A stretch of DNA of 64,000 nt from Octopus sinensis (GCF_006345805.1 NC_043002.1:74896001-74960000); one strand, 5' to 3'. Counted from the stretch's first letter, positions 49,380 through 63,414 are shown. Notes: generated by a model from the sequence alone, not told the origin. Translations and numbers: made by a program.

Positions 49380-49650
49380 TACTGTGAATTCTGTAGTTGT
49401 ATTTGTTGTGGAAGTTACTCTGATGTAGGTGCTTTGGTTAGTTAGTCTAATGCTGTATGGTATGTGTTGTAGTAGTACCTGTTACGCCAATGCCGTAGGT
49501 GTTAGTTTGATGTCCTGTATGTTGCAATAGCTACTCTGATGTTGTAAGTGCTGTAGAAGTTAATCTCACATTGTATGTGTTGTAGTTTAACCTGATATAG
49601 ATGTTTTACAGTTCGTCTGTTGTAGTAGGTGTTGTAGTTATCGGTGGTTT
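49380..49650. repeat. Degenerate minisatellite (about 25-bp unit, TGTAG(T/A)AGTTACTCTGATGTAGGTG-like)
   Basis: Recurring G(T/C)TACTCTGATGT and TGTTGTAGT blocks. Confidence 0.6.
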
Positions 49651-52600
49651 CTGAATCATTATCTAAATACTTAGCTCTAGTCTGCTTGTTGTCACATGAT
49701 TTTCTCTATTTGCTGTTATTTCTCTTAATTTTGTTCTTATTGTTTTTGTAGAAGCATATTTGTTGTTGCTATAGTGTTGGCATTGGTGTCATCATCATCG
49801 CCTAAACAAATTCTGCACACCCTTTTGCTGCCATCAATCATTTACATTTCTGATCATGTCTTCTTATCTCTCACAGTCTATCTCAGTTGTCATTTGCTTC
49901 AATATGGCCTCTATAAATATGTGCTCTGTAATTACTAAAGCAAACCTTTAGTTTGTCTGTCAATGTTTGTGGAGTGAGCATAGTTTCTTTTAAGTGTTTA
50001 CACAGTACAACAAATACACTTGAATTCACAAAGGGGAAATGAATTTGTTTAACCTCATAGAGTGAGTGCAGTTTGTTCATTTATTTATGTATCCTCCCTT
50101 GTATTTTATTTTATTTTTAATCTCAACAGCATGGCTGGTTGCTCAAGAAGTTTCTGCCACTTCACCCATCCAACTTGCTGGCCATACCAAGTCCTCATTC
50201 CACACCTCCCTCAATAATTCTCTATTGACCATTCTGAATGAAATTTGTATCTTGGATGCATTTGCTGGGCTTCATTGCCAAGTTTTCCACCCCTGAGAGA
50301 AAGAAGAATTTAAGGCGGTGTTGCAGTGGCCCAAGTGGTATTAAAATTAAAAAGCAAAAGTGTTTGTATGTTCTCTACTCATTCAGTTGGCATGGAAGTT
50401 TGTTTAGCCAACTAAATAGAGGACCACTTGATTTGTTGCATACTTTACCCATTTCTTTCCACTCAGTGTCATGCTTGTAAAATAAAGACTCTCTCTCTCC
50501 CATGCATACAGTTATAAAAAAAAAAAAAAGCGATAAGAGAGCAATGATATATCTGCATAGCTTTTTTCTGTGAAGTGAGGTCATTTATTTCATGCAAGCA
50601 AGGTCCTAAATCATATTTCTCGATTTGCAATGGCCAAGAAAGAACTCCTTAACCCTGTTATGTCTGTCATGTTTATTTGTATTTGTTAGAGAAGAGGACT
50701 GCCTGTTGTGAACAACTTGGATACACTCTGAAATACAGTCATAAAGTAATTTTTATTCCCTTGCAGTAGCAGTGTCAATGGTACTTGCCGTTAGAGGAGG
50801 CTCAGTGTCTACTAAACTAATAATAGACAGTCTCTTACATAATCATTGTAAGAATATAATTTAGCTAGCTTTTATACTTCTTGAAATATGCTCATAACTC
50901 TTCATATCTGTGTGTGTGTGTGTGTGGTGTGTGTGTGTGTGCGTGTGCGTGCGTGCGTGTCCTCACACATATGCATTTGTGTGTCAATATGCAAGTGATT
51001 TCAGTAGGATATTATTGTCTCTGATGATCCTCATTATCATATTTATTATTCTAAAATATTTATGAATACAAATGTTCATATAACAGGTTACATCATGTGT
51101 TTGTCTATGCATATCTCTATTATATATGTGTGTGTGTGTGCACATGCCTGTGTGTTTATGTATTTTATGCATAAGAAATTGTTTTCATTCTGTTCAACAT
51201 CAGTTAGTTGATCAAGCAAGCTAAAACCTAGAAGCACATTTTAAAATCATGAAGTACATTAAAACTGTTGTCATTATTAGCAGCAGCATTGGATCAACTA
51301 CATGAACATCAGTGAATGTCTGTTTGTCTGTCTGACAAACATTGACAGTTTGAACTGACCTTTGTAATTCTCTGAGACTTCATTTGCAAAATCTTGAGAG
51401 CTGGTGGGTGTCCAACTTTTAGTGTGGTGTTAATCTTTTTAATCGAGGTATATTCAGGATAAATTCTAGACATAGTACAGAAACAATTACTGTTCACTGT
51501 TTCCCAATAACTTTGGCCTTTATGTTTCATATCATATCTCTCTGTGGCAGCAACTAATAAAATAACCTCTTACATTGTGTCTTGACTTGCTAGAAATAGC
51601 AAGCCAATCTCCTCTCATTCTATACTCTGTCTTTTAAAAAAAATAAATGTAGTTTGGAGTGCTCTATCTGAAAACAAGATGGGATGATTATGGCTGAGAT
51701 GCCTATAGTCATAGGTTAGTTTGCTTAGGGTGACTGTAGATAAAACGATAATAACAACTAAAAATGGAGCATAGATTGAATGATTCCACATGAATTGATG
51801 GACCAGAATGCTGTGCTGTGCTCCAGTGTCTGCTTTAGCAAGGTTTCTACAGCTGGATGCTCTTCTTAATGCCAACCACTTGTGTACTGGGATTGCAGAG
51901 TTTTAAAAACAAAGATCGCAAGGCATTTGAGTGAAGTGCAACAGCACAGTACAACACTAGGAGGAATTGCTGCAAGCATTTTTTGAAGCTGCATATGATT
52001 ACTCTTCATGTGGAATTTTAACCAGGCCCAAGGATTAGAGATCATGACCATATCATCGTAGTTGTAGATCCATCAAAGTTATTTCACACTCTTAGAATTA
52101 CAAAAACGCATAGAAAGTGGTCTCTACCTGGTCACTTAACCAGCTAGAAATAGCAACAAAATCCTACCAGTTAATGTAGTTTTGAGGTACACTATAACTG
52201 CAGAAAATAAATAAATAAATAAACAGCATTGTAACAGGTGAACTGCTTTTGATGATAGGCCTACTCAATCAGAGCTAACATGGTGCTTAATGAGAACACA
52301 ACAGAAAGATCAAGCAAATGTTGTGGGAAGCTGAATAGAGACCACTTGATTTGTTGCAGAAGAGAATTTTTCGATTACTGGCATCCACAAGAAAAGTACC
52401 AGATATGTTTCATGTCATTACATTAGCTCAAGCTATCACAGTGTTTAGAAGACTTTGTTGAGCCTAAAAAGTACTATTGTAGTACTAGTACTAGAGTCAG
52501 TATAGATAGAGACTGTGCATTTAATGACAGGAATGGCAACCAATGATGAAAACTCATGCCCATATTCTTTTACATTGCACAGGTCAAACCTTACTTATTA

Positions 52601-53235
52601 AGAGGATAGTTTGGGATCAGATATGTACTAGAGTAGTGGATTTTCTTGAACAATGTAAAAAGAAAAAAGTAATATATACTATATTGTAATGTTTTGTTGA
52701 TACCTATTCAGCTTAGATAAGCATATATCTAGCTCCTGCTTATTTGACTTATATATTACAAGTATTGGTCCTACTGCACATGGTTACAGTAATAAGTAGA
52801 TTAGTAGGAAAAAAAAAGCCAAGAAAATTATGCTTACTGATACCTGTAAAACATTACATTAAAATTATAAACTGAAAGCAATCAGTTACCTTAATTTTTG
52901 ATGTAAATCGATGTCCAAACTATATTTATGTTTCTACATGCAATCTAAATCAAAGTTGTCTATTAACTTTTAATAATAGTCTGTTTTCAATTACTTCCTT
53001 ACTTTTGATGTTGGTAAATTGGTTTTTATTATTATTTCCTCTTGTTGTTTCTTAACATCATATGTTGTTAGTGAACCTACACCATATTCTGCATACAAGA
53101 GTCTCATTGATTTATCACTCTCTAATCTTTTTTATAGTATAGACACCTTTGGTAATTCAAATGTTTTGCTATGTTACCAACACTTACACAACTTGTTTGT
53201 CTCCTAAGAAGTATATTTAAAAGTAAACCATCAGC

Positions 53236-53645
53236 AGGCATGGCTGTGTAGGTGCAGACATAGTTGTGTAGGTATAGGCATGGCTCTGTGGTAAGGAAGC
53301 TCATTTGGCAACCATATGGTTTTGGGTTCAGTCCCACTGTGTGGAACCTTGAGCAAGTGTCTTTCATTATAGCTCCAGACTAACCAAATCCTTATGCGTG
53401 GATTTAGTATTTGGAAACAATGTGGAAGCTTGTAGTATGTATATGATGTATATTTATTTGTCTTTGTTCCACCCATCCTGTACATTGCTTGACAATCAGT
53501 GTTGATTTGTTTACATACACATAACTTAGCAATTCAGCTATAGAGACCAATAGAATAAGTACCACACTAAAACAAAAAATGTACTGGAGGTAATTTGTTC
53601 GATGAAGCCCTTTCAGCCTAGTTCAATGATTGAAAGTAAAAGATA
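53236..53645 (+). mobile_element. Old SINE family A copy with a tandemly triplicated 20-bp head
   Basis: Units AGGCATGGCTGTGTAGGTGC (53236), AGACATAGTTGTGTAGGTAT (53256) and AGGCATGGCTCTGTGGTAAG (53276), followed by a normal body and tail. Confidence 0.85.
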
Positions 53646-53869
53646 AAAAATAAAAAAGTATCTGAACCTGTATATAGGGCTAGTGCTGTGCCCTGGGCAA
53701 ACCAGGTGGTTGGCTGGAGCATTAAAATCTGTGGATAGCAACATATTCTAAACAATTTGACAATATTTCTTAATCTAGCTAAAAACAAACACAACTTGCA
53801 GCAAATATTTTGCTTAAAACCTTAGCCTCAGAATCTATATAAGTCAAAAAAGAATTGTTGTAGTTTCTA

Positions 53870-54028
53870 GTACCGCCTGACTGGCACCTGTGCTGGTGGA
53901 ATGTAAAAACCACCATTTGCCCATGGTCAATGCCAGTCCCACCAGACTGGCTCCCATGCCAGTGGCATGTAAAAAGCGCCATGCGAGGAGTGTGGTTGAT
54001 GCCAGTGCCGCCTGACTGATGATGATGT
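53870..54028 (+). mobile_element. RTE 3' UTR tandem-unit fragment
   Basis: GCCTGACTGG..(G)TGG..TGTAAAAA units, as in 16170-16460 and 32588-32690. Confidence 0.65.
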
Positions 54029-54126
54029 TTGAACAATATTTTACCAGTATCAGATATTGAATCTTCATCAGCTGAACTATTGTCACTATACATCTCATAA
54101 GTTACTGTTCACTGTATTCACTAAAT

Positions 54127-54427
54127 CAGGGGTTCTCAACCACTTTTTTTTTTTATCTATTGACCCTTTTTGATTACTGTTTTATTCTGGTGGACCCCTG
54201 TAGCCATTCAATGTTTAAATACTAGTTTTATAGAAACTTCTTTCCAAATTCCTATTTTGTTTACTTGTAAAATGCTAGAGAAAGAAACTGAGCTGCTTCT
54301 TGCAATACGTACATCTAAAGAAAAGATTTTTTCATTGGCCCTTAAAGTACTATTTCAGTTCCTTAATTTACTATGTTGTTGCTTGAACCCCCAAAAATCT
54401 TTTTAGGACCTGAGTTGAGAACCACTG
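54127..54427. mobile_element. hAT (Charlie/MER5-type) MITE, complete (301 bp)
   Basis: TIRs CAGGGGTTCTCAAC / GTTGAGAACCACTG (13 of 14 match). 8-bp TSD CACTAAAT (54119-54126) / CACTGAAT (54428-54435). Confidence 0.9.
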
Positions 54428-55337
54428 CACTGAATAGTCATAACTAGGTGAAGTGGGTATGCTTTGTAGGAGGGGCCAAGGGTGCTCAATACCCCAGTTC
54501 TGATCCTGCCTGTGTAGCAGCTTCAACCCCTTTAAGAATGCTGTGGTGGGTGCAAATAGTATGAGGTACAGTTAGTAGAACAGCTAACCAAGTAAGGGTC
54601 ATACTAATGACTCATTAGATTCAAATCACCAACCAAACCATTGGAATCTGCCTGACTAGCAAAATCCTGGATTAGTACTTTTCAACTTGAAATTTCACAA
54701 AATGTGTCAAGCGATCACACTATAGACAAGTAGTGCAGGCATTTAGGATGCAAATGTGTGGAGGGTTGCTAATTCACTCAACTATTTAATCCATACCAAC
54801 AGAGAAGAAATAGATTTGGGATATGACGGTGATACTAGTAGTGGTGGTTACAGTGACAGTCACGATGAGGAGTTTTATACTGTGTAGTAATTGAGATTCA
54901 TGTGAAGTTTACATTGAGTGTTATACACATGTTAACGTGGTATTTCAGGTTACATATTTTCCACAGTATGAAGCACTATTTCTGCCTCACCTTTTGAATT
55001 TTGTTTTGTGTGTGCATGTGCATCGTACATGCAAGTATATAGTACAAGTGTAAAATTTAGCATAAATACTTCCTTATCAATTTCAATACTACTTGTTTCT
55101 GAATCCAACACGACTATTCATCTCTCTCTCTCTCTCTCACTCTCACTCTCACACACACACACACACACTTGATAATGCAAGTAAGTACAACATACCATCA
55201 ACCAGCTAATACAACTGACTTTACCCTGCCTGGACCTTTAAAGATAAACAATGATGGTGTACTGAGCTAAGTGACAGTAGTGTGCGCATGAGTGTGTGTG
55301 TGCCTGCGTGCACATTTATGCATTATTATATTTGTGT

Positions 55338-55428
55338 ATGGCGGGTGGACGTGTGCTTGCGGTTATGGAATCAGTAATTATTGTTCAGTTGAATGACCTC
55401 CGTTGGCGGTGGAGGTTTTTACAGAATG
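55338..55428 (+). CDS. Candidate short coding exon (MAGGRVLAVMESVIIVQLNDLRWRWRFLQN-G), unverified
   Basis: ATG at 55338 (or acceptor TTGTTCAG at 55388), open frame, strong donor G|GTATGT at 55429 and 5 CpG in 91 nt. No transcript evidence available. Confidence 0.28.
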
Positions 55429-56038
55429 GTATGTTGCATGCGACTCAGAAAATATCTGCACCAACATTATTCTACATGTAGCTATGCAAGAAAACATCAT
55501 ACACACACACACAGATTGATGCTTGCATGTGCTCACACACATTTGCACATTCTGTTCTGAATTTTGTATTGCATGCTGTGTTTTCATTGCACCATTACAT
55601 CTACTATATGTTAGGTAGACTTTTATTACTTTCGTTTTCATTTGTTTTTGTTTTTTGTTCTTTCAAGAGTAACATATAATGATTCCACTGCTGTGTGTGT
55701 GTGTGTGTGTGTGTATGCACGTATGCATATGACTATGCATGTATTTAAATAAATGCTTGCACATAACTATTTAGATGTTGTTTTCTGCTGGCTAAAAGTA
55801 CCCGTCATAAAACAGATGCTTTGAAGAAATATATGGGTATACATACTTCATTAGACATTACGCATGTGCAGACATACACTGCTACACACAAAATAATGCA
55901 CATGATCACACATGCACATAACATTACTAAATAGTATAAACACATACATATGCACAACAAACACTCAGTTACATATTGTTTCACATGCACAGACACGCAC
56001 ACAGACTTTAAACTATTGGTACTATGCATATGTGTGTC

Positions 56039-56097
<59 letters not shown>

Positions 56098-57224
56098 TTG
56101 TGTTATATGATATTCTGGAATAGAATGATAACAATTCTGATATTTAGATTTATTTAATGGCTCTTGGTATGTGAATACCGAGGAAAATTTAGTCCATGGC
56201 TGATTGGCATATCGGTATTATCTAATAGCTCTGTGAGTTGTTCATCCAACTGGAAATCATGGACATTCCATTTTCAAACTCTTGTTCATTTGTCTGATGA
56301 ATTTTAGCACCTTTTGAAAATGTAGTTTAGTTACAAAACCTGTTTAGTTTAGCATGTAAATTACACCTTTCTCAGTTTTATGAATATTATATCTGCGCTA
56401 ATCCTCTCCTCTTCCCACAGTCAACTGCTTGCATGGGTTCTTTTCTGACCCTGCTCACTGGCTCTGCACCATTTCCAAATACTTTTACATTTTGGCAATT
56501 TAGCCATTGAATTGCTGCTAGTCACTGGTCAGATATTCAGCAACCAAATCATTCACTTACATGCTGGCTGAGCAGACAGTATGCTAGACTTATGATTCAC
56601 AACCTCTCCATTCAAACTTTTCTGGTTTGGCTGACTATTTTGTCAGATTTTCATTGTTGTATAGCACCTACTTAATACACACATACATGTGCATGTGTGC
56701 TCTCACACGCACACACACACACATTTGGTGTTCAGTCAAGTTTCTTGCTGTACATATAAAAGTAATACACTTGCCCTGCATCAAATCATAGTGCAAATAT
56801 CTGAAAATTTGCATGTCTGCTGTTACTGAATTAAATGTCTGTATATAGACATGCATGCATGTTCCCCTTCACTTATAATCCTGTTGTTGAGAAAGTAGTT
56901 CTTCAATTCAACCACTCATTTGCTTGTTGAATTAAGAAAGAATTAAGAACAATAATGAAAAGCATTTTTTGCTTTTCATGTAGTTATAGAGTAATGTACC
57001 TGTAGTAATTTTATAGTAATGTGTCAATAGGTATGGATTCAGTGGAAATATTTGCATTCATCAATCAATCTTTGACATGGTTGAACAACCAATCTCGACC
57101 AGTCAGGATTCACAGTACAGGTTGTATTGTGCATCCTTTTGATCGCTGAATACAAAATGTGACTCACAAGACCTCTGTTTGGGTGCACACTTGTATGTCG
57201 ATTTGTCACAAGGTTACCTCTTTA

Positions 57225-57358
57225 TAGCTGCATGAACTGGGGCAACATGAAATGAAATGTTTTGCTCAAGAACACAATGCACAGCCAGTCTGGGAATTGA
57301 AACCATGGTCTTGTGTTTTTTGGTGCAATATCCTAACCCCTTGGCCACATGCCTTTGC
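57225..57358 (-). mobile_element. SINE family C fragment
   Basis: CAACATGAAATGAAATGTTTTGCTCAAGAACACAA..CCTAACCCCTTGGCCACATGCC, homologous to 8725-8840. Confidence 0.8.
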
Positions 57359-57534
57359 TTTTTGCATTGGAGGTGGAAATATAGTGAAGGCTGAGATATT
57401 GCAAATCCATCTGATTCATTTCAATATGGAAAAGTAGATGCAAAACTTAATAGTGGCGATTCCATTTTTGAATCGTCCACCCTTTGCTTGTTTCACACAC
57501 ACTCACTTGCATGTCTACGTGTATGCAAGTTTCA

Positions 57535-57695
57535 CTATGTGCTGAAGAGGTTCTCTTTGTGACCATGTGATTTCAAGACTCCACTGCATGGCCCTTTGGG
57601 GCAGTGCCTTTTACTACAGCCTAGGGTTGACCAATACTTTGTCCTTGTATGACAAATTCTGTAGATGGAATGTTTGTGTGTGCCTCTTCCAACTG
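57535..57695 (+). mobile_element. Old SINE family A 5' fragment
   Basis: CTTTGTGACCATGTGATTTCAAG..CCACTGCATGG..TACTACAGCC..GTAGATGGAA. Confidence 0.6.
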
Positions 57696-59429
57696 CATGT
57701 TTTGGCATTAACACTGCTTTGGAAGTGACATTTTTTAACATGTTAACCTCCATGGCCTGTTACTGAATGTTGTGTGAAGTTAAGTAATAAACCACCCGTG
57801 GTTCATGTGGTGACTAATGTGTTAAATTTCCCATCAACAAAATGTTCAGTGATAATTTAATGTATGAAGCAATGGAATAAAAGTACCCAACTTGACACCA
57901 AGAACAGTGTCTGGCCATTGAATACTATCTCAAGAAGTCTTGTTCAACAAATACCGACATAGAAGTACGCATAAAAATTTTGATGCATGCATGCGTGCGC
58001 ATGCACACATACTCACACACGTATGCACACACACCAAGAAATGAAAAGAAAAATTAGTTTCGTTTGTTGTTATAGGAGGAAAAAAAGTATATAAACATAT
58101 ATTGTATCAATAATATACATTGTATTACAGTTCTGCAAGTAGGAGAATTTATTTTGCCATTTGAGCTTTCATCAAGAAGCAATGCTATTTCATCATTAGA
58201 TTATCCCATGTAATTTATTCTTGTTTCCCATTTGGGGTTTTGTTGATAGAACTTTCTTCAGCTCTTATTAACTGTAGATAAAATGCATCTTCAGACCTGG
58301 TCATATACATTGTTGACATATGGTAATTAATGGTATCGGTCATGTTGTATCGTTTATCTCTGCTCAAATTACTTTTGTAGGAGTTAACACATAAACCAAC
58401 ATTAGCATTTTCCTTCTTTGTTTTCTTTCTTCCCTGTTTACCGAGGGTATCAGCCATACAAAGCTTCTTTATATACCTTGTAAACAATATACTGACATCT
58501 TTAACTGCTTTGCTTCTTCTTTGTGGTCTGCACTGCTCTTATCAGCTCATTACACACTCAAGCACATACATTCATGTGGACTATCTCTTTCTTGCTTATT
58601 TGTTTCCTTTCATTTCTTTCTTCACCCTATCTCCGTTTGATTGTGCACACGCACATGTGTGTGTGTGTATGCGCGCAAACACTCTGGCACCATACTTATG
58701 CATATGTGTGCACACTCAGATACACACACAAATCTAATTATTGAATATAGCCAAGCTGAAATGTGTCCATTTCTGTGTGTGACTATGACATAGAACTGAA
58801 GCATTTTAGACCCTAAAATTGTATAGCATCTAAATCTTCCTTATGCTCTGTTATATAAGCATTGAGCAGAGGAAGAAACTGCATGGCATAGAAGGGAGTA
58901 GGTGTCTACTTCCAAGGTGAAGATTTCTTTCCTTCTCATGGCGGTACCCAGTGTATTTCAGAATAAAGCGTGTCTAAATTTTCTGTTAGTTATCAATGGT
59001 TGATAGAGGGATGGGCCCATAGTTAAAATGCTTACTAAATGCTAATACGCAGAAGCAATGTACTAATTGATATTGCTAACATTATTACATGACATCTTGT
59101 CCAGATGACAGATATTGTAGAAAAGTTGTAGAAAAAAACTGTACTGGAGGAAGAGGTGGTGCTCATAGCTTATATATTCTTGCTGAAATCAGTGTGATCA
59201 AAGTGATTATCATTCCTCTAGAATGGTTGGAGGGCAATGACCTCAAGAGGAAAACATGTTCTGAGAGTGAATTTTAGAGAGCCAACATTCTTGGAATGGA
59301 CATATTGGATATAATTCACCCTTGGTTGGTAAGACAATATGGGTAATGTGAGAAAAAGAAACAAGTGGATCAGGACTACCCTACTGGAGGCAGTACAAGA
59401 CTAGCTAGTGCTAAAGAAGCAGAAGCATC

Positions 59430-60240
59430 TGTAGTAGTTGTAGAAAAGGCAGAGTGAGTGGAATCAGCACATCTCTGAGTAACATCATGCCAATCATTTG
59501 GGTGGCAATTTTTTTTTTCTTTGAATGTGGTTTATGAAGTCTGTATGTGCAGCAGCAGCAGCAGCACTGTCCCAGATGTGGGGGCAGTATGCTGAGCTTT
59601 GTAAAAGAATTTAATTGTTAGGGGATGAAGTGTTTTCTGATTCTGAAGAGGATGTGCCTTTAGCATTCTGGGGATGTGCATTTTGGAGGAGAGATATTCA
59701 GTGATGAGACCTAATGTTTGTAGTGATTTCAAAAGTGTTCTAAGTTAGGTGGGGTTTTTTTTTGTTTAGTGGGTGTGGGATGTTTTATTCACGTATGGTG
59801 ATTGCATCTTTCTGTTGTAGGAGACAAGGTTGATACAGCCTAAATTAATGGAGTTTTTGTTTTTTTGCTTGTCAACATGGTCAAATGCTTTGCTGTCCAT
59901 TGTAGGCAACAACACTGTTTTCACTAAATTTCTTAAAGGTGAAGACTTACTGGTGAGTGCCCTCAAAGAATACATCACCAGCTGAAGTTGCTTTATGAAA
60001 ATCCTACAGGTTGTCATTAAAGAGGGAGATTCAAGGGGTGGGAGAAGATTGTTAATGGTTTCTCTGTCATCTTTGAAATGTTGGAAGTGAGTGCGATAAG
60101 ATGCTGATAGCTGGAAGAACAGAACTAGTTGCCCTTCTTGAGAATGGGACACACTAATGGATTTCCAAATACTGGAAAGGGAAAGAGCGTTGGGTACTTG
60201 AAGCGTTTTGTGAGGATAGGATATTGTTCAGTGCTTCAAA
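59430..60240 (-). pseudogene. Decayed CR1/Jockey-group LINE reverse-transcriptase fragment with internal deletion
   Basis: Minus-strand motifs in the expected order: FP..VCPILKKGN*..YQHLIALTSNISKM (60178-60070), DSKAFDHV (59897-59874), NLVSYNRKMQ, FYKAQ and PHIWDSAAAAAAHTD (59583-59539). Stops and frameshifts; no GVPQGS or YADD. Confidence 0.82.
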
Positions 60241-61602
60241 AATTGAATTAATATATATGGATAAACTACCATTCCAGGCAAGAAATGGATAAAATATTTA
60301 GAAAAGAAAAGTCTTATGTTTTTTAATATGACTTTTGTAGCATTGTTTTGCACTTTCTTTGTTGGAAACCTTCAAAGGAATCTTATTCAGTGTTTCCCTC
60401 GACTCTGGTGGACATGTATAATTTGAGAGATATTTGGTTGATATTTTCAGCAGGTTGAGTAACTGTTCAGAGAAATCTTCTCAGAGTTGTGTTGATGAAA
60501 AAGTTCTATGAGATACTGCTATTTCAATGTGCACGATGTCAGTTTCTGCTGAAGCACCAGTGACTCAGTGGAGGCTGATTTATATACATCCATTGATGTC
60601 TGCTGAAGATGATGGATTAGCTGAAACACAAGAGAACAATTTGTTGAGGTGCTCTTCAGAAGGCCTCCCCAGGTAGATAAGCATCATCACCAGATATCTA
60701 ATAGAATTGGTGGTTAAACAAATGGTTAGGTAGGCTTTTTTCTTTCCTTTCAATTCTTCCTTACTCCTTCCTCTATCTAATTTCACTTTGTTTGTTATCT
60801 CTCTTATCTCTTTCTCTCTCTCTTGAATATCTTTTTCTTTTATTCTACGTATCCTGTTTCATTTTGCATTCTCTCTCACTCTCTCCTTCCAATTCAGTGT
60901 TTACCTTTTTATTTCTATCCTCTTTTCATTCATCTTTTTCTTTCCTCCTTCCTCTCTCTTCTCTTTCTGCCTCTTCCCTCTACAATAACAGTATTACATA
61001 GTAATAGGGTTAAGAAAAAAAAATCAAAAAAATCAAATAAACAAAAAAACTGCAAGACAGAAATCAAAGAAAAAGTGAAAAAAAAAAAGAAAAGTTGTTA
61101 GGTATGTTTAGAAAGAGGCTGTGAGTTTTGGTATGGTGGATGCTTAAGATTGCATACAAGAAATCAACTGTATCTATGTTTTTGAAGCTTTGCGGGTGTT
61201 GAATGGCATGCTAATACTGCGAAGGGTATGGCTAGAATGCTGAGGGGTGGCATTGAGAATTTCTTAACAGAGAAACTATTCAATTAGTGAGGATTCACTC
61301 AGTAAACTGTCACAATTTGTTGTTTTGTGAGTTTCTGTCTCTTTTCTTTTAGATGAGGGGGTAGATACAAAACACTCCCACTGCACACAAACTCTACCCA
61401 CAATCATGTTTGCATTTACACACACACACACACACACACAGAGGCATGTGTATGTTAACAGGAATACATATGCAATTGTATTCAAAGTCTAGGGGGGGGG
61501 AGAAACTAAAAAATAAACAAGCAATGTAAAGAGAAGGAAACTCTCTTTTTAGCTGTTTCACTTATTTTGGGGTAACTTGGAAATTGTGTGTTGATAAGCT
61601 CA

Positions 61603-61624
<22 letters not shown>

Positions 61625-61646
<22 letters not shown>

Positions 61647-61900
61647 AATGGTCTTGATATGTATGTGTATTTAGATGGTTGTTTTTGTCTGTGTGAGTTT
61701 AGATGGTTGTTGTGTATGTGCATGTTTAGATGGTATTGGTGTCTGTATGTGTGTGTTTGGTCTTGATGTATGTGTATGTTTAGATGGTCTACATGTGTGT
61801 GTTTGAATGTTTTTTTTTTTTGTTTTTTTTAAAATGTTTTGATGACTTCAATGAGTATGTGTGTATGTATTAAAATGATCTTGATGTTTCTGTGTAGTTA
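61625..61900. repeat. Degenerate minisatellite (TGTATGTGTGTTTAGATGGT-like, about 25-30 bp)
   Basis: TTTAGATGGT recurs four times between 61670 and 61790. Confidence 0.75.
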
Positions 61901-61949
61901 CTTTTGAATGTCTCTATAGTTGGTCTTGTGTTTGTTGGGAGGGGGACTC

Positions 61950-62710
<761 letters not shown>

Positions 62711-62718
62711 TTTACATA

Positions 62719-63110
62719 TATAGGCGTAGGAGTGGCTGTGTGGTAAGTAGCTTGCTTACCAACCACATGGTTCTGGGTTCAGTCCCACTGCATGACACCT
62801 TGGGCAAGTGTCTTCTACTATAGCATTGGACTGACCAAAGCCTTGTGAGTGGATTTGGTAGAAGGAAACTGAAAGAACCCCTCGTATGTATGTGTATGTA
62901 TATGTTTGTGTGTCTATGTTTATCCCCCCAACATCGCTTGGCAACCGATGCTGGTGTGTTTACATCCCCATAACTTAGCAGTTCAGCAAAAATAGACCGA
63001 TAGAATAAGTACTAGGCTTACAAAGAATAAATCTTGGGGTCGATTTGCTCGACTAAAGGCGGTGCTCCAGCATGGCCACAGTTAAAATGACTGAAACAAG
63101 TAAAAGAGAG
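62719..63110 (+). mobile_element. SINE family A, full length, directly downstream of the previous copy
   Basis: TAGGCGTAGGAGTGGCTGTGTGGTAAG head; B-box-like GGGTTCAGTCCC; tail GACTGAAACAAGTAAAAGAG. ATATATAG occurs at both junctions (62716-62723, 63112-63119). Confidence 0.93.
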
Positions 63111-63414
63111 TATATATAGTCTCAATGTGCATGTGTCTTCATCCAGACGGTGCTTGTTTTGGCTGCAAGTATTCACTTGTGTGCAAATTGTCAGTATTAC
63201 TAGTTTAGTTTGTATGCCATTATGTCACAGAATAGACTGGCACCATTTTAATATGCTGTTAATTGGTATTGATATTTTATTGTGAATGCATTATAGCGTG
63301 CATTCATAATGGGGTGGTGGATTGTTTAGAAAAATGAGATTGATCCAGCAATCAAGGGATTCTAGGACTAATATGGCTATTAAATTAAAGATGTTGATGT
63401 ATCTTTTTGATGAT

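Noticed and set aside
58215-58487. Non-repetitive 90-aa minus-strand ORF (..MADTLGKQGRKKTKKEN..)
   Set aside because: No recognisable motif. A few ORFs of this length are expected by chance in 64 kb of AT-rich DNA. A blastp/tblastn hit would reopen it.
62719-62800. tRNA-like heads with A and B boxes (also 8770-8841 and 9030)
   Set aside because: No complete cloverleaf or acceptor stem was found, and each continues into a SINE body.
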